A DNA stretch of 64,000 bases. Source: Lingula anatina (taxonomy: Eukaryota; Animalia; Brachiopoda). Within the stretch, counting starts at the first letter, position 1, and the number at the start of each line of letters is the position of its first letter. The notes under the pieces were generated by a model, which saw nothing but the letters and a program-made list of their open reading frames with translations, did no database searches and was not told the origin of the DNA. The position numbers and the translations under genes are program-made. The stretch is from positions 35,917,967-35,981,966 of the forward strand of contig CM120640.1 of the NCBI GenBank assembly GCA_051362555.1, written 5' to 3'. Of the stretch, positions 57,843 to 64,000 are shown piece after piece.

Positions 57843-58062
57843 TTATTACCTCCGCCAAGGAGTTTATGTTTTCACCCCTGTCTGTTTATCATCAACATAA
57901 CTCAAAAAGTTATGGACCGATTTTGATGAAATTTTCAGGGTAGGTGGGAAATGTGTTTACTTATCAGTGATTAGTTTTTGGTGGTGATTTGGATAAATAA
58001 TCAATAATAATAGAAAATCGCTGCCTTGGCGGAGGTCTGCGCTCTCGGAGTTCTTTTCTAGT
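57843..58062 (+). mobile_element. non-autonomous Helitron/Helentron element, copy 2, single core repeat
   Basis: ATTACCTCCGCCAAGGAG...CATCAACATAACTCAAAAAGTTATGGACCGATTTTGATGAAATTTTCAGGGTAGG...CCTTGGCGGAGGTCTGCGCTCTCGGAG...CTAG. The sub-TIRs CCTCCGCCAAGG/CCTTGGCGGAGG are perfect. Confidence 0.85.
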
Positions 58063-60333
58063 CTCATTATTAAATCACGCCAGTGAGATTTAAACTCGCT
58101 TTTGACCACATCAAGAAATGTATTGTTTTCAATTTCAAAAAAGTTTCATTTATTGTTTCACAAGAATGGTGAGCACTGAATTTTGAATAGATATTCTATT
58201 ATGAACATCTACCAGCGTATACTCGGTTGGTTTTGCCCGGCGACATTAAGACTACCACCGTAAAGCATTACATTCATTTCTGCCTACATCTCAAGACACC
58301 AGACACCTGTGCATGACTCGACGAGGGTAAAAATAGAACTGATAGCGTCTTTGCCAGTCAGTACGGTTCTTTAACAATTTTAAAGAAAAAATGAGATTTT
58401 TAGAACAAGTTAATTTTTCAACAGCAAACGCTCCACTGACAACTGTCTCATATTACGAGCAGAAAAATGACGTTGAAAAATTGTTTTCACCATGACATGG
58501 TTGTTGATATAGGAGTAGGCGACTGATAATGGATGGGTCTGGGGCCTTTTCATATTTTTCATTGTTGCAGAGAGTCTTACGCCACACCCAAGGAGAGCAG
58601 CGAAAACAAGAGTCAACTTGGATCTGTGTTGTAGGACCCCTGCCTGGCCATTGCAAGCAAGAATGGGGACTCGTTTTATGTTCGTGATATTCTTAATCTT
58701 ATCTTCGTGACTAATATTAATTATAAACAAGGAAGTTCGTTTTCATTCAACGTTGTACTTAACCTTTTGTTGCGAAGCATATCTTTATTTCGTGACAAAT
58801 TGTTGGGCTGATTGTTTTGACTGATGCATAATGTCACGATAAAATAATGTCAGATGATAGATAGTTTTGCATGACTGTGTAATGACATTTCTTTAAAAGA
58901 GGTTATCAATTTCATCATAACTAAGCGGAATCTGAGGAGATATTTTGGATCTGATACAATGTACCTGATGTACTGCGAAAATAATGACATATTTATAATC
59001 TTATCTCTTCAAAATAGTTATGAATATTTTCACGAGTTCAGATTTTTCAAAACTGGGAAGAATTATTTAAGTCATTTGACGCACGGTCATTTCACAAGAC
59101 ACGATAGAGGGTGGAGGAGTGGAGCAAGGGTATTGTCTGCACATACACACACACACACACACGCACTCACACACACGCACACACACACACTGGCCTTGCC
59201 TAATATGATAATGCTAAAACACTGAGCAACGCTTTCGCGTTTATATTTTAAGTAGTAGCTACTGTAAATGTAAATTTGAAATTACTGACTTTTTGTATGA
59301 CGATAGTAGATTTCCCTTGAGTGTATACCGTGTGAATATCAGCGAGAACGCCTAGTAAAAACTTTTGCAAACTTTTTAGTTAGTTCATCGTGACGATCTA
59401 TCTCAAACTGAGCAATTTGTATGAATAACTCGTACTACTCACGTTACTGGTCCATCAAATATAATAATATATCAAGTTAAGTGTAAAGCTTTTAAAAAGA
59501 AATTACTGCCTCGAGAATAATACAAGTCACGAAGATTATGCTATAAACTGTCAAAGACTGGGCGGTGCCATCCTTATTTTTTTCCTTGGGTAGAACAAGA
59601 AAACAACCGCCATATTGATGAAAAATCCTATGATGACAAGCTTTTTTTTATTGACACAATACATCACAAATACATCACAATAGAAAAAAGGGAACAACAC
59701 TCGCTCACACACTCAGACTTAAAAGAAAATGTGTTGTGCTACAGTGTATGACACTTTTAATTAATTATATCGTCGTACTCTAAATATTCAGATTGAAAAT
59801 AAATTAATTATATTTGAAGTGTGATGACAGAGTGACTTCTTTGTTTTTATCAGATATCTAAGCAATGACATCAAACCTCCCAAAGTTGCCACAAACGTAC
59901 CACAATTATACACGCCCACTGGTGCCAACTTGAATCGTATTATATTGACAGAGGGATTGTTTTGTAAATTCCAAATTTAAACTTTAAACTTAGCTTTGAT
60001 AAAGTTAAACTTTGGAATTAGAAAAAAAACAAACTAAAATCCTTATCGTTGCATAAATTATCGTCTGCTTTGTCACTTATTCAAAGTTTTATTTTTTTTA
60101 TTGGTAAACTGCTTTTGTGATTATTTGATCTCATTTGCACTGACGCGAAATTTCTATAATCAAGTCCAGGGTATATCAATAATAGGAAAAAAGACATAGA
60201 TGTAAAAAAGCAACAAATGTATATGTAAGCTTAGATAATCTTTATTATGTAGATTCAATTCAGAGCTGATTTAAAACATTAAGTCACCCAAAAACATGAC
60301 GTGCATGACCTCAGATGAGAGTCGCAGTCCTGT

Positions 60334-61150
60334 TTAGTACTTCTTGCCATAACCTGGTGCATAAATTGGATCAACTGGGGGTAGGGGGGGCACGCCTGGG
60401 CACTGGGCTGGCTTGATGATGATCAGGCTTCCAGCACAACAGTCCTGGGTAGCTCTGTGGTAAACATATCCACCGCAGCAGTCCTGTGTATTGGTGTTGT
60501 ATATGACTCCAGCGCAGCTGCAAAGGAGACAAAAAAAGCTTACATATAATAGATGCTACGTCAAAAAGCATTTAATGTCAATGATTTAAGTCAATTTAAA
60601 CAGTCCCATTAGATTTAATGATGTTCTTATCACCCTGAGTTTTAGAGGACATTGGAAACTCGCTTCTTTTCGTTCCGCATGCCTTCTCTTACTGGAAACG
60701 GCTTATGCAAGGAGATATTAGGGAAGCAAATGACAGATATCTAAAACTCATTGGTGACATTTGGTAGCGTGTGTTAATATTGGGTATATACGTTATTCTT
60801 ACACAGTGAAGTAAAACATGCATGCATACATACACGCCCTACTCAGTTAACAACTCTATTAAATAAAAAGGTGCTCTCCTTTAAAAAATGAAAGCAAATA
60901 TGAAAGCTTTCTCAATATCGAGTGTACTACTTCAAGGTACGTAACCTGACTAACGCCTAGCAAAAGCTTCACAATGTTTTGGCGTCAGAAGTTTATCATG
61001 GACATACCTGGCCAAGTAGTCTTCTGGACGACCGGCGATTGGGGCGTAACGGACTGGGCGACCGTAGGCGTACCTGCCGTAGTAGGGAAAATCCTTGTAG
61101 GTGGCCGCAACGGCGCACACGAGAACGGCGACAATGACGAGCTTCATCAT
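60334..61150 (-). CDS. small secreted Tyr/Gly/Pro-rich protein with galaxin-like di-cysteine repeats (108 aa)
   Basis: Exon 1 61008-61150 (donor CAG|GTATGT, phase 2) plus exon 2 60334-60517 (acceptor CTCCTTTGCAG|) give MMKLVIVAVLVCAVAA-TYKDFPYYGRYAYGRPVRYAPIAGRPEDYLASCAGVIYNTNTQDCCGGYVYHRATQDCCAGSLIIIKPAQCPGVPPLPPVDPIYAPGYGKKY*. TATA box upstream and AATAAA (minus strand) at 60241-60246. Confidence 0.88.
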
Positions 61151-61218
61151 CTTGGAGCTGTGGAGGAAGGATTCTGCTTGGATCTGTCCAGAATGTGGAA
61201 TTGCTCTATGTCCGGGAT

Positions 61219-61225
61219 TTTTATA
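61219..61225 (-). promoter_or_regulatory. TATA box of the secreted-protein gene
   Basis: GTATAAAAA on the minus strand ~70 bp upstream of the ATG, consistent with a short 5'UTR. Confidence 0.7.
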
Positions 61226-62549
61226 CTCTCACCTGCGTGCCTGATGCCCATTTTTGTCAAGAAAAATCGTTTTCAATTACACCTGACTTGTTTTCCCAAC
61301 GAAACTTGTTTATTTTCCATGACGATTGATAACCGTGTAGTAGCACGAGTTAATCATGAAGCTAAATTGCTTCGCCTGATGCAGAACGTCAGGTTGCAGT
61401 AACTTCACCAAATAGTTCGTTTGCATGACTATGTTACTATGTAACAACGCTTTTCATACAGAAAAACTACATAGAAGTAAACAATGAATTATCATCATTC
61501 AGATTTAAATTGCGGTAAAAACCATTTCAGTAATTTTTTTTACTGATATATACGGTACAAGCAGATAAAAACTTAATTTTGATCATGATAAGTTAATGGC
61601 ACAAAACTGGTTCATTGTATTCTTGTCAACCATATTTCGATAAATGCTTTATTGATATGAGCAATATCAATTTTAAAAATGATAAAGTATAACGTTCACA
61701 AGTTGCCACTTTTGCGTTCTTTTCCCGTTACTGGTGATCTTTTATGGCAATTTCAAGACCGAGCACATCCCATACCGCAAATTTGCTGTCACAGGGATCA
61801 TTTTAAAACATTTTCTGGTCAATTTGTGGTTGGTCAATTGATTTTTTGGAAAATACGAGTGCTTTTTATTTCAACTGTTTGTTAATCTATTACAAGGCAC
61901 CCTATGTAAGTATTGGCGAGAAATGATCCATAGCAACTGATTACAACTAATTCAGAACATCCTCTGTAGCTCATTTAGAGCTTTACGTGCAAACGCGTAT
62001 TGTCTGCTCTAGACTTAATTTCGAAAGATAGAAATTAACCCATCTTAAGTACTTTTACTATAATTATATGTGAAACATATATTTAAAGATGAATGGTCAA
62101 AAATGCTACTATGGTACAGATTTTTGAACCTACGAGGTTTCAAAATATTGAATTCCAGAAAGAAAAAATCACTTTAATCTTCCATCGAATGTATCTGAGC
62201 AATAAACAAAAAAAGATTATACAATATGCCCTACCCCATATAAAAAAGCCTTCTGTTGCCCTTATACATTTTGCCTTGGAGCGACCTGTAGGAAAAATCA
62301 CCATCTTAATAAAAACTCTTACTGTTGATAACGATGTTTTAATGTTAACATCCCCTTCACCAATATTCAAAATATCTAATAAAATTGAAAAGGTGGTTTA
62401 AATAACTTTAGGATAGCAAAATTGACAATTTAAACAATAGTGTTCTCGTACATTTTTGCTCCAAATTATTATCACTTAATGAAAATAAGCAATTATCACA
62501 TAATTGAATAATTGATAAGATGATAATGATAGATTCAGCATTAACCTTA

Positions 62550-62764
62550 GGCTCTATTCCCATAGATTTTAGATCGATCTATCCCCGCGGGGAGTCTCAT
62601 TAGATTACTTTCAGATAATCCGACTTAAATGTCCGTCCCGCCTACTACAAGCTGTAAGGGGATAATTAACTTTCGTGTCCGCCCGGCTGACAGCTATTTA
62701 GCGTGAACCCCCAGGGAGTTAGGTCGATCTAAAGTAGGTCGACCTAATCTATGGAAATGGGGTG
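62550..62764. mobile_element. degenerate MITE with imperfect TIRs (Harbinger-like, TTA/TAA flanks)
   Basis: Left GGCTCTATTCCCATAGATTTTAGATCGATCTA versus right reverse complement CACCCCATTTCCATAGATT...TTTAGATCGACCTA. Confidence 0.6.
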
Positions 62765-64000
62765 TAAGACAAATGCCCTGGTTGTAACGCGATCATATGG
62801 AGACTGCTTAATGACACGCGATTGTTTGAAGGATACAAATGAAGATGTTTAAAACCAAACCCCGCTTCACTAAAGTATATCCTTAATGTTTTGCTTTGAA
62901 AAGATATTTTAGAAGAATTGTTTTCTTTTTCCCTCCTCCTCCTGGTACAGGAAAACAAAGGCTTTCTGTAATATTGTTGTCTGTGTACATTCCTGTCTCC
63001 CGTGAAAACTGATAGACCGAGCTCCGAAAGACGGTTACATACAACGTATAATGATGAGTAACAGTGTTCCCACGTGCTTTCGAACCTCAACAGACCTTTT
63101 TAATGTTTACCTGCACGTTTACCTGCGTTTAAAAAACCGCCAAGAAAAAAATCAACACTAGCTCTGCCTGGCACGCCAACCAGTATGTTGAACCTCATGC
63201 AACATAAAATGAATCTTTTAGGATGTCCTATATTTCGTATTCCACCAGACGCGCTTACCAAGGCACCAAAGATGGTTATATACAATTAAAAAAGAATTTG
63301 GCGTCATGAAAGGAGACTTTCATCCCATGTCTATTTAAATCATTTATTTTCGCTTTCAATTATAAATGAATATAGAAAGAATTAAAAAAAATGCATTCAC
63401 TGAAAGAAAGCCTTTTCAAATATCAAGAAATGCGAATTAAAGGTGATGATGATAAGTACCATCTTGGTGATGACTTTTCAGGTAATGTTGTGCGGCACGG
63501 AACAGAAGTGGGAGGGAGGTGGTGAGATATTTCTCTGGCTAACATCGAAGTTTTAGGTCTATATAAAATGACGTGTGCCATTTGTTAGATCTATAAAATG
63601 TGTACCGTTAAAAAGTTTTAAATAGGGAGAGAGAATTTTTGTTAAGGGGGGAGGTGTATCATACCTGATATCCCGTCTTATACCATTATTTTTTCATATT
63701 TTTTGTAGTTGTTTCTGGCATTTTTGTTTTTTCTTATGCGTAGTGAACAAATTATACAATAACACTCTGAAAAGATAAATCGGTAGGTTACCTGTAAGTA
63801 TAATCCTAATTTTTTTATTTTCATGTGTGATTGCGGGTATGACAAACAAGCACTGTGTTAAGAAAATGTGGACGAGGTGAACTTTTAAGAACGTGCAGTT
63901 AAAAACAATACCTTGTTATGTCAGCATGTGTTAGACATGAGAAGTTGTAGGTAGCGCGTTGGGATGGTTTTATTGTTTCAAATTACGGGGTTTAGCGATA

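Noticed and set aside
60371-60571. 66-aa ORF from the ORF track as an independent gene
   Set aside because: Wrong frame of exon 2 of the secreted protein; the phase-2 splice gives the Cys-repeat frame.
60974-61402. 142-aa plus-strand ORF
   Set aside because: Antisense to the GC-rich exon 1 of the secreted-protein gene, non-ATG-context support is weak and there are no protein-like features.
63230-63275. tRNA/SINE A-box-like sequence on the minus strand (TGGTGCCTTGGTAAGCGCGTCTG)
   Set aside because: No B box or cloverleaf could be found; insufficient to call a tRNA or SINE.

Overview
AT-rich, intron-rich animal genomic DNA, probably a lophotrochozoan invertebrate such as a mollusc (inferred from protein and repeat styles, not proven). 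All gene models were spliced by hand using GT-AG sites and exon phase. Conserved genes: a 4-coding-exon LC3-type Atg8 gene (+, 22593-23981), a 7-exon di-N-acetylchitobiase CTBS (-, 25979-29552) and a 26-exon synaptojanin (+, 29895-44097) head-to-head with CTBS. The first ~21 kb looks mostly like intron of an unidentified minus-strand gene that starts near 21.4 kb. The last 19 kb is repeat-rich: Helitron/Helentron-type non-autonomous elements, L2 and Penelope fragments (the latter with a hammerhead-like motif), several MITEs, and a 4.1-kb TIR-bounded element carrying decayed hAT transposase. It also holds two orphan-like genes: a 216-aa basic protein with two SxIP motifs whose candidate first exon abuts the transposon end, and a 108-aa secreted Tyr/Gly/Pro-rich protein with galaxin-like di-Cys repeats and a GKKY tail. 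The most notable leads are a CRIB-like exon in the synaptojanin tail, these two orphan genes, the Penelope hammerhead, and an LC3 that ends directly at the conjugation glycine. No database searches were run.
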